Part shown: one piece after another, positions 29,944 through 41,530 of the stretch
Layout of the letters: each line of letters begins with the position of its first letter
How positions within the stretch are numbered: position 1 is the first letter of the stretch
Assembly: GCA_963706955.1 (NCBI GenBank)
Contig: CAVPOC010000007.1
Location: 42,261-106,260 of the forward strand
Source: an uncultured Verrucomicrobiae bacterium
GTDB taxonomy: Bacteria > Verrucomicrobiota > Verrucomicrobiia > Chthoniobacterales > Terrimicrobiaceae
Reading direction: 5' to 3'
DNA: 64,000 nucleotides
Notes under the pieces: model-generated
The model's input: only the letters and a program-made list of their open reading frames with translations
What the model was told of the DNA's origin: nothing
The model's database searches: none
Program-made: the position numbers and the translations under genes

Positions 29944-30861
29944 CTATCGGGAACTGGCCTCCGGCGGTGGCCGGTCTTTGTACCAGAGAATTCCACTGCG
30001 TCGCAAATTCGAAACCAGGGCCCGTAAGTTTTCGGCCATCTCGCGATCGGAGATGAGCGCGGCGAGCGCGCCCCTTCCCTGTTTCGCTTGCTGAATAAGT
30101 GAGCGGAGATCACCGATGGCCTTCTTGAGGTCATCGGCGGCACTCTTGGCCGAGGTAAACGTCTGATTAGCGGAGGTGAACGTCTCATTGGCCGAGGTGA
30201 AGGTCTGTTTCCCGGAATCGATCGCTTCCCCAGCCTTTTTTACCACGCCGTCAATCTTCTGGGAGGCTTCCGAGACGGCCGTGCTGGCTTCTTTGAGGTT
30301 CGCGAGAGTCGTGCTCAGATTCGCAATTGTCGTATCCTTGAAGACTTCGGTGTTCAGCTTTTCGGCAACTTTGTTGATATTGCCCACCGCGGTTTGGACG
30401 TCCGTCAGGAGCGACGCAGCCTGCTCGAAGACATCGCCCATGCCTGCTTCACTCTTCCCCTGGATGACCGCGCCTGGGGCAATCGGCGGTGCCGACTTGG
30501 CATCCTTACCGAGAACGATCTGGATGAAACGGTCGCCAAGAAGACCCGAGCTGCCAATGGTGAACTCCGCAGCGGTAGGAATTTTAACCTCCTCGTAAAT
30601 CCTTAAATCTATGTAAACGCCATCCATGTCCGGCAGGATCACGGGATTGTTCTCGACGGAACCGATCTTAGCACCTGCCAGAAGGACGCTGGCTCCCTTG
30701 TAGATTCCGCTCGCGTTCGCATATTCGACGCGAATTCTGTAGGCACCATGAATGCTTTCTCCAAAGCGTCCGAAGTAGACCACCATCAGTCCTATGGCGA
30801 GCAGACCGATTGCCATGAAGATGCCCACTCGCAACTGTGATGCACGTTCTTTGGAGGTCAT
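29944..30861 (-). CDS. mlaD: MlaD/MCE-domain protein (phospholipid ABC transport, periplasmic component) with an extended C-terminus
   Basis: N-terminal TM helix followed by an MCE domain (YRIRVEYANASGIYKGASVLLAGAKIGSV). It is co-oriented with the mlaF- and mlaE-like genes. Confidence 0.8.
   Translation of the reverse strand: MTSKERASQLRVGIFMAIGLLAIGLMVVYFGRFGESIHGAYRIRVEYANASGIYKGASVLLAGAKIGSVENNPVILPDMDGVYIDLRIYEEVKIPTAAEFTIGSSGLLGDRFIQIVLGKDAKSAPPIAPGAVIQGKSEAGMGDVFEQAASLLTDVQTAVGNINKVAEKLNTEVFKDTTIANLSTTLANLKEASTAVSEASQKIDGVVKKAGEAIDSGKQTFTSANETFTSANQTFTSAKSAADDLKKAIGDLRSLIQQAKQGRGALAALISDREMAENLRALVSNLRRSGILWYKDRPPPEASSR
30148..30210 (-). repeat. In-frame 3 x 21-bp tandem repeat inside the mlaD-like gene (heptad TFTSANx)
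   Basis: gccgaggtaaacgtctgatta / gcggaggtgaacgtctcattg / gccgaggtgaaggtctgtttc on the plus strand, encoding QTFTSANETFTSANQTFTSAK on the minus strand. Confidence 0.65.
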
Positions 30862-30867
30862 AAGGCT

Positions 30868-31629
30868 CTAATCTTCGCCGTCCTCCGAATGTCCGTCCAC
30901 AAAATCCCTAACGATGGAATCTTGGGTAGCATGCAGATCATCGAGTGTCCCGTAGAAATGGCGCCGGCCTTCGTTGAGCAAGGCAACCCGATCAGCGATC
31001 CGATTGCAACTGGTCAAATCATGCGTGACAACAACCGAGGTGACCGAAAGTTGCTCTTGGAGTCTTCGAATCAGCCGATTAATACTGTCGGAGACGATCG
31101 GATCGAGGCCGGCAGTCGGTTCGTCGTAGAGGATGACCTGCGGAGGGGAGATAATTGCACGGGCGAGGGCCACGCGCTTGCGCATGCCGCCGCTCAGATT
31201 CACAGGCATTTTCTTGTCGTGGCCGCTCATGTTTACGAGGGCGAGCGCTTCGTGCACTTTCTGCCGGACAACCTTCTCGTTCTTTTCACCGCGCTCTTGA
31301 AGGGGAAAGGCGACATTGTCATACACGGTTAACGAATCGAAAAGCGCGCCATCCTGAAAGAGCATGCCGATCTTGCGGCGCACCGGCGCGAGTTGGCGCT
31401 CATCCAAGTGCGCGATGTCCTCTCCCTCAAAGAGGATCTCCCCGGAGATCGGTTTCATCAAGCCAATCAAATGACGGAGAAAGACGCTTTTACCCCCGCC
31501 GCTTTTCCCGAGGAGCACCAACGTTTCGCCTTGAAAAATGTCGAGCGAAAATCCCCGGAGGATCTCCTGCTTGCCGATCTTTTGCACGAGATCGCGCACG
31601 GAGATGAGAGGCTCTACTTCTTCGCTCAT
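30868..31629 (-). CDS. mlaF: MlaF-like ABC transporter ATP-binding protein
   Basis: The ORF runs to 31932, but the ATG at 31629 (MSEEVEPLISVRDL) overlaps the mlaE stop. Walker A GKSGGGKS, LSGGMRKR signature, ILYDEPT Walker B. Confidence 0.85.
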   Translation of the reverse strand: MSEEVEPLISVRDLVQKIGKQEILRGFSLDIFQGETLVLLGKSGGGKSVFLRHLIGLMKPISGEILFEGEDIAHLDERQLAPVRRKIGMLFQDGALFDSLTVYDNVAFPLQERGEKNEKVVRQKVHEALALVNMSGHDKKMPVNLSGGMRKRVALARAIISPPQVILYDEPTAGLDPIVSDSINRLIRRLQEQLSVTSVVVTHDLTSCNRIADRVALLNEGRRHFYGTLDDLHATQDSIVRDFVDGHSEDGED

Positions 31630-32417
31630 CGCTGTCCTGCCGGAAAGAGGATATTGAGGAACATGGTGAGAAAGAAATTGGCGATCAAGATGCAGAGCGA
31701 ACAGATCACGACGGTTTCGGTGGTGGCGCGTCCGACCCCGACGGCACCGTCCTTGGCATTCAAGCCTTCTCGACAGCTGATAAAGACGATGATGTTCGCA
31801 AAGACGAATCCTTTGATCAGCGACATCGCGATATCGCTGGCCTCGGTAAACTTCTGCATATTGTTGACGAAGTAGACCCCTTCGATATTGAGCACATGCA
31901 CGGCGACGAGGTAAGAGGCGAGGATCCCGCAACCGACAGATTCGACCACCAATAAGGGCATGGAAATCAACATCGCCAAGGCCCGCGGAACCACCAGGTA
32001 GTCCACCGGGTGAACCGCGAGCGCACGCAGCGCATCGATCTGTTGGGTCACCTTCATGGTCCCAATTTCCGCACTCATGGCAGCGCCAACTCGTCCTGCG
32101 ACCATCAAGCCCGTCAAGACGGGGCCCAACTCGCGGAACATCGATAAAGTGACCACCGGACCCACCGCCGTCTCCATGTTCAAGCTGGCAAATTGAAAGT
32201 AGGCCTGCGCGGTAAACACCGCCCCGGTAAATGCCCCCGTGACAACGACGATGAGCTGGGATCCGTATCCGATTTCAGCGATCTGCAGCAGCGTCAGCCT
32301 AAAACGAATCCGTGCCGCAAAGATCGACCGAAAGGTCTCTCCAGCCAACAAAGCGACCTGACCCAGGTAGGTGAAGAAACCAAAAAGCCCGCTTTTGACG
32401 AGATCGAGCAGGGCCAT
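31626..32417 (-). CDS. mlaE: MlaE-like ABC transporter permease
   Basis: 263-aa polytopic ORF with the MlaE/YrbE-type layout (LTGLMVAGRVGAAMSAEIGTMKVTQQIDAL). Confidence 0.85.
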   Translation of the reverse strand: MALLDLVKSGLFGFFTYLGQVALLAGETFRSIFAARIRFRLTLLQIAEIGYGSQLIVVVTGAFTGAVFTAQAYFQFASLNMETAVGPVVTLSMFRELGPVLTGLMVAGRVGAAMSAEIGTMKVTQQIDALRALAVHPVDYLVVPRALAMLISMPLLVVESVGCGILASYLVAVHVLNIEGVYFVNNMQKFTEASDIAMSLIKGFVFANIIVFISCREGLNAKDGAVGVGRATTETVVICSLCILIANFFLTMFLNILFPAGQR

Positions 32418-32451
32418 TCAACGGTGGCTACGAAGCGAAGAGTCTCTCGCG

Positions 32452-32724
32452 CTAGGCGGCGGCATTTTCAATCCGCTGCGTACTCTTCTTCGAATTGATC
32501 TCTGGCGGCAACTGACCAACGAATTTTGCTTCTAAGCCAGTTTTGATAAAGACGGACTTCAGGGTGGAAAGCGTTGGAACACTTTCGGTGAACTCCATAT
32601 ATACAATGTCGTGATTGGTGTCCACCTTGTAGCGAAGGCCGGCAATCACGTCCAACTCCAGGGCGAGCGCCATCATCTTCTCGGGATTACGCACACCGGC
32701 GGCATACACCTCAAGTTCGATCAT
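32452..32724 (-). CDS. Small hypothetical protein upstream of mlaE
   Basis: Only an ORF of 90-104 aa, co-oriented with the mla genes at a 35-bp gap. I recognise no motif. Confidence 0.35.
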   Translation of the reverse strand: MIELEVYAAGVRNPEKMMALALELDVIAGLRYKVDTNHDIVYMEFTESVPTLSTLKSVFIKTGLEAKFVGQLPPEINSKKSTQRIENAAA

Positions 32725-32864
32725 GCCAGAATGCTTCGTCGGCGGCCGGTCAAAATCAAGGCACAATTTGAAGGAGAGGATTAGACGCTCTCCAATCTGT
32801 CGAATTGTGCGGTTTGCCTTTGCGAGGGTCGCGGTTATCGGGTAGATCGGTCCGCCGTCTAGTC

Positions 32865-36090
<3,226 letters not shown>

Positions 36091-36144
36091 CTCCACCGTC
36101 TTAGCGAGCGTGCCATGCTTGCAGGCATTGCGCGGCGTATTTGT

Positions 36145-36205
36145 TTTAGCGGCGATGTCCTCATCGCCGGAGTGATCTTCGGCGGCGGGGACGCCGCCGC
36201 TACAG
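36145..36205. repeat. REPIN-like doublet, locus C
   Basis: Left arm tttagcggcgatgtcctcatcgccgg, right arm cggcggcggggacgccgccgctacag. It lies between convergent carB and the cNMP-binding gene. Confidence 0.65.
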
Positions 36206-36243
36206 CAAATGAGCGATTCGACGTTGAATGATGTTGGCCACCT

Positions 36244-36735
36244 TCAGGGTTCCACCAGCAGGGAGGCGCGGACGACCGCCAACTCTGCCTCTTCCATCAG
36301 GCGCCGCGTCACCGACCGTAATCGCTTGCTGAGAACCGACGCCAGGCTGATGACGAGTTGCATGCCGGCTTGAGGATAATTGTTGATAAACTCCTCGAGA
36401 TTCGGGCGGCTAATCGCCCAATATTGAACTCGCTCGACAACGATCACCGAGCACATGGCGCTGACGGGGTCAAAGAGATCCACTTCGCCCACCCATTCCC
36501 CACTGCGAATCGTCCCAAGCAATACCTCCCGGTCCCCGTCACGACGAACGGCATGAAGCAGACCACTGAGGATAAAGAAGAGGCGACCCTGCGAATCACC
36601 CTGCGTGATCAACACCTCGCGCTGATCGGCCAGGTGAAAGTCGCCGTATGAACTGCAAATGCCTCGTTCTTCGTCCGACAGCGTAGCCACCGGACCCACG
36701 GCGGGAAGATAGGGACCTTCAAGTTCCTCAGGCAT
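36244..36735 (-). CDS. Stand-alone cyclic-nucleotide-binding (cNMP) domain protein
   Basis: 163-aa ORF. The beta-roll region contains GEWVGEVDLF (FGE-like phosphate-binding cassette). No DNA-binding or enzymatic output domain is present. Confidence 0.7.
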   Translation of the reverse strand: MPEELEGPYLPAVGPVATLSDEERGICSSYGDFHLADQREVLITQGDSQGRLFFILSGLLHAVRRDGDREVLLGTIRSGEWVGEVDLFDPVSAMCSVIVVERVQYWAISRPNLEEFINNYPQAGMQLVISLASVLSKRLRSVTRRLMEEAELAVVRASLLVEP

Positions 36736-36994
36736 GCGGCAGAAACTACAGCATCTATCGGAAAATCACTTCCGAAAAGCTCATCCTCCTCCATGTCCGG
36801 CCGCCTTCCATTGTCTACACAACCACCTCAGCCAGGGCCGACGCTCGAAGGTCGGATCACGCTCCAGGAGCCGACGCTAATCGCTCTTTTCCAGAAGCTT
36901 TCATACGCCGAATCGACGCGCGCTGGAAAAACTCTTCTTGCGCACTGCGGCCGTCGATGTAACTCTAGAAGGTTTACAAAGTTCAAAGAAGAAA

Positions 36995-37255
36995 ATGGCA
37001 AAAGCAGAAACGTTCGAGGTCGATACTCTTCGGCTTCATGAGAAGGATACAGGCAGCGCGGATGTTCAGATAGCGTTGCTGACAAAACGCATTAACGAGC
37101 TCACCGAGCATCTCAAGGGTCATGTGAAGGATCACGCTTCACGACGGGGGCTTCTCAAGCTGGTGGCTCAGCGCCGCAGTTTACTGGACTACTTAAGGAA
37201 TACAGCTTCCGACCGGTATCAAACGGTTGTCGAGAAGCTTGGTTTGCGCAAATAG
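36995..37255 (+). CDS. rpsO: 30S ribosomal protein S15
   Basis: MAKAETFEV...[50 protein letters not shown] is the classic S15 sequence. The ATG is at 36995 within ORF 36938..37255. Confidence 0.95.
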   Translation: MAKAETFEVDTLRLHEKDTGSADVQIALLTKRINELTEHLKGHVKDHASRRGLLKLVAQRRSLLDYLRNTASDRYQTVVEKLGLRK

Positions 37256-37267
37256 CACTTGCAAGTC

Positions 37268-37290
37268 GAAGCCCCGCTTCTGGGGCATTC
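37268..37290 (+). terminator. Stem-loop after rpsO (attenuator or processing hairpin in the rpsO-pnp spacer)
   Basis: gaagcccc-gcttct-ggggcattc followed by attt. A second hairpin cgtttcg...cgaaacg lies at about 37303-37330. Confidence 0.4.
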
Positions 37291-37341
37291 ATTTAAAACC
37301 GTTTCGGGCTCGCTGTGCCACGAAACGAATTAGGTTAGATT

Positions 37342-39471
37342 ATGTCTCATTCCGTTACGGCCACTGTTGGCCAAACCTCCATCACCATTGAAACAGGCAA
37401 GCTGGCGCGACTCGCCGATGGTGCAGTTACAATTCGCTCCGGGGAGACCATTGTTCTCGTCTCCGCTGTTTCCGCGACGACCGTTAAAGAAGGTCAGGAT
37501 TTCTTTCCACTTACTGTTGATTATCGGGAGAAAGCGGCGGCGGTTGGAAAATTTCCCGGCGGCTATTTCAAACGAGAAGGGCGTCCTTCGGAGAAGGAGA
37601 CGCTTACCTGTCGGATGACGGACCGCCCGTTGCGGCCCCTCTTTCCGAAAGGCTATCTTTACGACACGCAGATTATCGGCGTTCTGCTGAGCGCCGACGG
37701 CGAACACGATCCCGATATGCTCTTTATCAATGGTGCCAGTGCGGCGCTTTGCGTCTCGGACGTTCCGTTTGCCGGGCCCGTGGGTGCGGTTCGCGTCGGC
37801 CGTGTTGATGGCGAGTTTATCGTCAATCCGATGCACAGTCAGCGCGCTACGAGCGACCTAGATCTTGTCTACGTGGGAACAGAGGACCAGGTGGTAATGA
37901 TTGAAGGCGAAGCCAAAGAGATTTCTGAGGCCGACTTCGTCGCGGCGTTGGCTTTCGCGCATGAAGAGGTCCGCCACCTCATCGCCGCGCAACAGGAACT
38001 GATGGTCGCCGCTGGAAAACCAAAGCGCCAGGCAGCGCTCTTCGTTGTTCCTGACGAACTTCTCGAGATCGCCTATCGCGTCGCCGGCGATCGCATCGAA
38101 GCGGCGCTCTACACTCCCAGCAAGGTCGCTCGGCAAAAAGCGGTCGAGGCGCTCAGAGATGAGGTCGACGCGGCCATCCTGGAAACCTATCCCGAAGCGA
38201 CGAAGTTCGAGATCAGCCAGGCTTTTGATTACCTGCAGAAGAAAGCGTTTCGGATCAGTATTCTCGACAAGAAGATCCGGTGTGATGGACGCAGCTACGA
38301 GCAAATCCGTCCCCTGAGCGCCGAGACAGGCCTTCTTCCCAGAAGTCACGGCAGCGCCCTTTTTCAACGGGGCGAAACCCAAGCCATCTGCCTGGCGACG
38401 CTGGCGCCTGCCGATGAAGCTCAAGAGCTCGACGGCTATACGGGCGGAGAAACCAGTAAGCGCTTTATCCTCCACTATAACTTTCCGCCGTTCAGTGTCG
38501 GTGAAACTGGCCGCACGGGCAGCCCTGGCCGCCGGGAGATCGGCCATGGAGCGCTTGCCGAGCGGAGCATCGCGCCGGTCATTCCTGAGGTCAGTGAATT
38601 CCCCTATGCCATTCGTGTGAGCAGCGAGATCATGGAATCGAACGGCTCGAGCTCCATGGCCAGCGTCTGCGCCGGTGTTCTCGCGCTGATGGATGCAGGT
38701 GTTCCCATCAGCAAGCCGGTCGGCGGGATCAGCTGCGGGCTCGTCACTGAATTCAGTGGCGACGTGATTTCGCGCTATACGTTGCTAACGGACATTATTG
38801 GCAGCGAGGATTACTTCGGCGATATGGACTTCAAGTTATGCGGCACGGAAAGCGGCATCACAGGCTTCCAACTTGACCTCAAGCTTGCCGGAATTCCGCT
38901 CAAGCTTATGGAGGAAGCGATTTATCGCGCCCGAGACGCGCGTTTCGAAGTGCTCAAGGTGATGAATCTCGCTCTCGACGCTCCGCGCGCCGAGTTAAGC
39001 CCATACGCGCCCCGGATTGAGACCATTCGGATCAAGCCGGACAAGATTGGACTGGTCATTGGCCCAGGCGGCAAGACGATCAAAGGGATCGTGGCGGAGA
39101 CTGGCGCAGAAATTAATATCGAAGATGATGGTTCGATTCATATCTATTCGAGCAGCGGTGAGAGCCTCAAACGAGCCAAGGAAATTATCCTGGGCATGAC
39201 CAAAGAAATTGCCGTTGGTGAAGTCTACCAGGGGACCGTTGTCTCAACCAAAGAGTTCGGCGCCTTCGTCGAAGTTCTTCCCGGCAAGGACGGCCTTTGT
39301 CACATTTCGGAGCTCGCCGACTTTCGTGTGAACAGGACCGAGGACGTTGTCAAAGTCGGCGATACCATCTGGGTTAAATGTATCGGTGTCGACGACAAGG
39401 GACGCGTCAAACTCAGCCGCAAGGCTGCCATGAAAGATCGCGACGCCAAGGCGGCCGGACTCGCTGCCTAG
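37342..39471 (+). CDS. pnp: Polyribonucleotide nucleotidyltransferase (PNPase)
   Basis: 709-aa ORF with two RNase PH domains plus KH (GLVIGPGGKTIKGI) and S1 (GAFVEVLPGKDGLCHISE) domains, directly downstream of rpsO. Confidence 0.95.
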   Translation: MSHSVTATVGQTSITIETGKLARLADGAVTIRSGETIVLVSAVSATTVKEGQDFFPLTVDYREKAAAVGKFPGGYFKREGRPSEKETLTCRMTDRPLRPLFPKGYLYDTQIIGVLLSADGEHDPDMLFINGASAALCVSDVPFAGPVGAVRVGRVDGEFIVNPMHSQRATSDLDLVYVGTEDQVVMIEGEAKEISEADFVAALAFAHEEVRHLIAAQQELMVAAGKPKRQAALFVVPDELLEIAYRVAGDRIEAALYTPSKVARQKAVEALRDEVDAAILETYPEATKFEISQAFDYLQKKAFRISILDKKIRCDGRSYEQIRPLSAETGLLPRSHGSALFQRGETQAICLATLAPADEAQELDGYTGGETSKRFILHYNFPPFSVGETGRTGSPGRREIGHGALAERSIAPVIPEVSEFPYAIRVSSEIMESNGSSSMASVCAGVLALMDAGVPISKPVGGISCGLVTEFSGDVISRYTLLTDIIGSEDYFGDMDFKLCGTESGITGFQLDLKLAGIPLKLMEEAIYRARDARFEVLKVMNLALDAPRAELSPYAPRIETIRIKPDKIGLVIGPGGKTIKGIVAETGAEINIEDDGSIHIYSSSGESLKRAKEIILGMTKEIAVGEVYQGTVVSTKEFGAFVEVLPGKDGLCHISELADFRVNRTEDVVKVGDTIWVKCIGVDDKGRVKLSRKAAMKDRDAKAAGLAA

Positions 39472-39520
39472 TGCAGTCTAACGCATTGATATAAGATACG
39501 CGAGGTGTCAGAGTCAATGA

Positions 39521-40348
39521 GTGAACGACAAGAAAGTAGTGATTAGTCCGCGTGAACGCAGAGAACTGAGCCGGCGGGTTCGGTCTCGAACGATAGGAGC
39601 CGAGGATGCCCCACGCGCTCAAGTTATTCTTGCGCTGGGCTCGGGGCTTGGAGTGAGTGCGGTAGCAGGCATGCGTAGGTGTAGTTCCTCTTATGTGCAG
39701 CGCTGGAGAGAGCGTTTTATGGCAAGCCGTCTGGCGGGACTGGTGGCCCGTCATCAAGGTCGCAAACTGCGGCACGATGCCGCGAAGCTTGAGGCACGCA
39801 TTTTGGAGTGGACCCGACGTGGCGCTCAGGACGGAACCACCGACTGGAGCAGCCGTCGGTTGGCCGTCGCGCTTGGCACCAATCACATGACCGTTTCGCG
39901 GGTTTGGGCTCGGCACGGCCTTCAACCTTACCGGTTGCGCCGTTACATGCTGAGCGAGGATCGCGACTTCGAGAAGAAGGCCGCCGACATTATCGGCCTT
40001 TATCTGAACCCTCCTGATCACGCCGCCGTCTTTTGCGTAGACGAAAAGACTGCAATCTAAGCCCTGGACCGCCTGGATCCGGTGCTGCCCCTTTCTCCCG
40101 GCAGAGCCGAGGCTCACGGTTTTGAGTATTACCGCCATGGAACTCTTTCTCTTTACGCGGCTCTTAATACGCGAAGCGGAGAAATCCTTGGTAAGACGGC
40201 TCAACGCCATACGAGCACGGAGTGCGACGACTTTCTTGCCCAAGTGATGGCCTCTCAGCCCCTCGGACGTCAGATCTACGTCATCGCTGATAATCTCTCG
40301 GCCCATAAAACCAAACTCGTCGATGACTTTCTGGCTTATCATTTTTAA
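39521..40348 (+). mobile_element. IS630-family transposase gene remnant, with an in-frame TAA at 40058-40060 and 3' truncation
   Basis: It has an N-terminal HTH region, then VFCVDEKTAI-stop-ALDRLDP...EYYRHGTLSLYAAL...VIADNLSAHKT. The stop occupies the position of the conserved Q in DEKxxIQALDR. The ORF ends before the last catalytic block and runs into an AT-rich tract. Confidence 0.8.
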
Positions 40349-40668
40349 GTTTGTATTTATTTTATGTTTATTTATTTTTTTTGGTTTAATTAAGTCGAAA
40401 TCTGGTTCGCCAAAGTTTGAGAGCGCGCGAGATCAAGGTCATAGAGCAGAGCGCATCGCACATCTTCGGCTCGCCGGTCTATGGCTGAGGCTTATGCGTT
40501 ACATCAAGGCGTTACATCGAGACGGATACTACAATCTAAAGGGTGCTAACTATGTAGAAAACCATACGAACCTATAGCGTGAGATCGTTCAACTGTTACA
40601 GCTGCACTAGTACGCGGATAGTTTGTAAGAACTACAAGCCGCAATCGACGAGCTGTAGGGGCACTTGC

Positions 40669-40713
40669 GTCAAGCGCCCAGCGAATCCAGAGGCGCTTGG
40701 CACAAGCGCCTTC
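40669..40713. repeat. Hairpin repeat family 2, copy 1
   Basis: gtcaagcgcccagcgaatccagaggcgcttggcacaagcgccttc. The core aggcgctt-ggcac-aagcgcct is shared with 40902-40950 and 62368-62417. Confidence 0.55.
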
Positions 40714-40901
40714 TCCCATGACTGAATGGTCCACAGATTACACCGATTAACACGGATTATGGTTTGGGCGTGAAGAGCGATGAACCTGCCAAGTTCGACA
40801 ATACTCTGCCAGCCGCGAATCGTAAAAAGCCCGGAAAGCCAATCGCTGAATGACTCTTACCGCTGCCGTCAGCGATTTGCCGAAGTCATCTATGTCGATC
40901 T

Positions 40902-40950
40902 GCGAAACCTGTGGATTTCTTTCGTCAGGCGCTTGGCACAAGCGCCTCCA
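40902..40950. repeat. Hairpin repeat family 2, copy 2
   Basis: gcgaaacctgtggatttctttcgtcaggcgcttggcacaagcgcctcca. It has the identical 21-nt core caggcgcttggcacaagcgcc. Confidence 0.55.
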
Positions 40951-41016
40951 TAAATTTTCGTATTTCGTAGCGGGAAATATTATAACTTAACACATCTGCG
41001 GATGGCGGGGTGCATC

Positions 41017-41074
41017 CGTCGCGACCGTGTCACCACGGTCGAGGGCACGGCGGTGAGGACACCGCCGCTACAAC
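41017..41074. repeat. REPIN-like doublet, locus D, 16 bp upstream of the RAYT-like ORF
   Basis: Left arm cgtcgcgaccgtgtcaccacggtcgaggg, right arm cacggcggtgaggacaccgccgctacaac. Confidence 0.65.
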
Positions 41075-41089
41075 TTAAAGCGCCCGCGA

Positions 41090-41374
41090 GTGCCCAATCG
41101 ACCACCGCGCCTTAAGGTCTTTCAACGTTATGACCTGCCGTTGTTTTTCGTGACGTCCAGCACGCACAAACGGAAATCACTTCTGGCCAATCAGACAGTC
41201 CACGACATCTTCATCGCCTATTGTGAAAAAGGATCACTCCGCGGGGCAGGTGTTGGCCGGTATGTGTTGATGCCCGACCACATTCATCTTTTACAAGATG
41301 GCTGCGGGGGAACGCAAGAATGCATACGCGACCTGATGGCCGGGTACGTCGCTGTGGTCTTTGAGAAGTCGTAA
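41090..41374 (+). pseudogene. Truncated REP-associated tyrosine transposase (RAYT / IS200-like Y1 HUH transposase) remnant
   Basis: PNRPPRLKVFQRYDLPLFFVT...GRYVLMPDHIHLL shows the typical RAYT N-terminus and HUH motif. The ORF ends about 30 codons after HUH, with no recognisable catalytic Tyr region. Confidence 0.6.
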
Positions 41375-41530
41375 GTGCGCAGATTCAAGAGGCCGTCTCG
41401 TTAAAAATCACGCGTTCAACTAGAACGTGGCTTGCGCTCCGGCCCCGGTGGCAAGTGTGACGAGAACGTTACAATTCCCGTCTTTGAGGCAGGCGTGTTG
41501 TCGGCAAGTCTCCGTGGCCTTGTCTCAACT

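Noticed and set aside
32452-32766. Small ORF as a heavy-metal-associated (HMA) chaperone
   Set aside because: A beta-alpha-beta-like pattern was suspected, but there is no CxxC metal-binding motif. It is kept as a low-confidence hypothetical.
39413-40342. 309-aa ORF on the minus strand
   Set aside because: It lies entirely antisense to the IS630-family transposase, whose plus-strand translation shows clear family motifs. The minus-strand product is Arg/Ser/Pro-rich with no recognisable domain. It is a shadow ORF typical of GC-rich DNA.
40341-40393. AT-rich tract as a replication origin, tRNA or promoter UP element
   Set aside because: There are no DnaA-box-like repeats, no cloverleaf potential and no downstream gene in suitable position. 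I treat it only as a compositional anomaly and junction.
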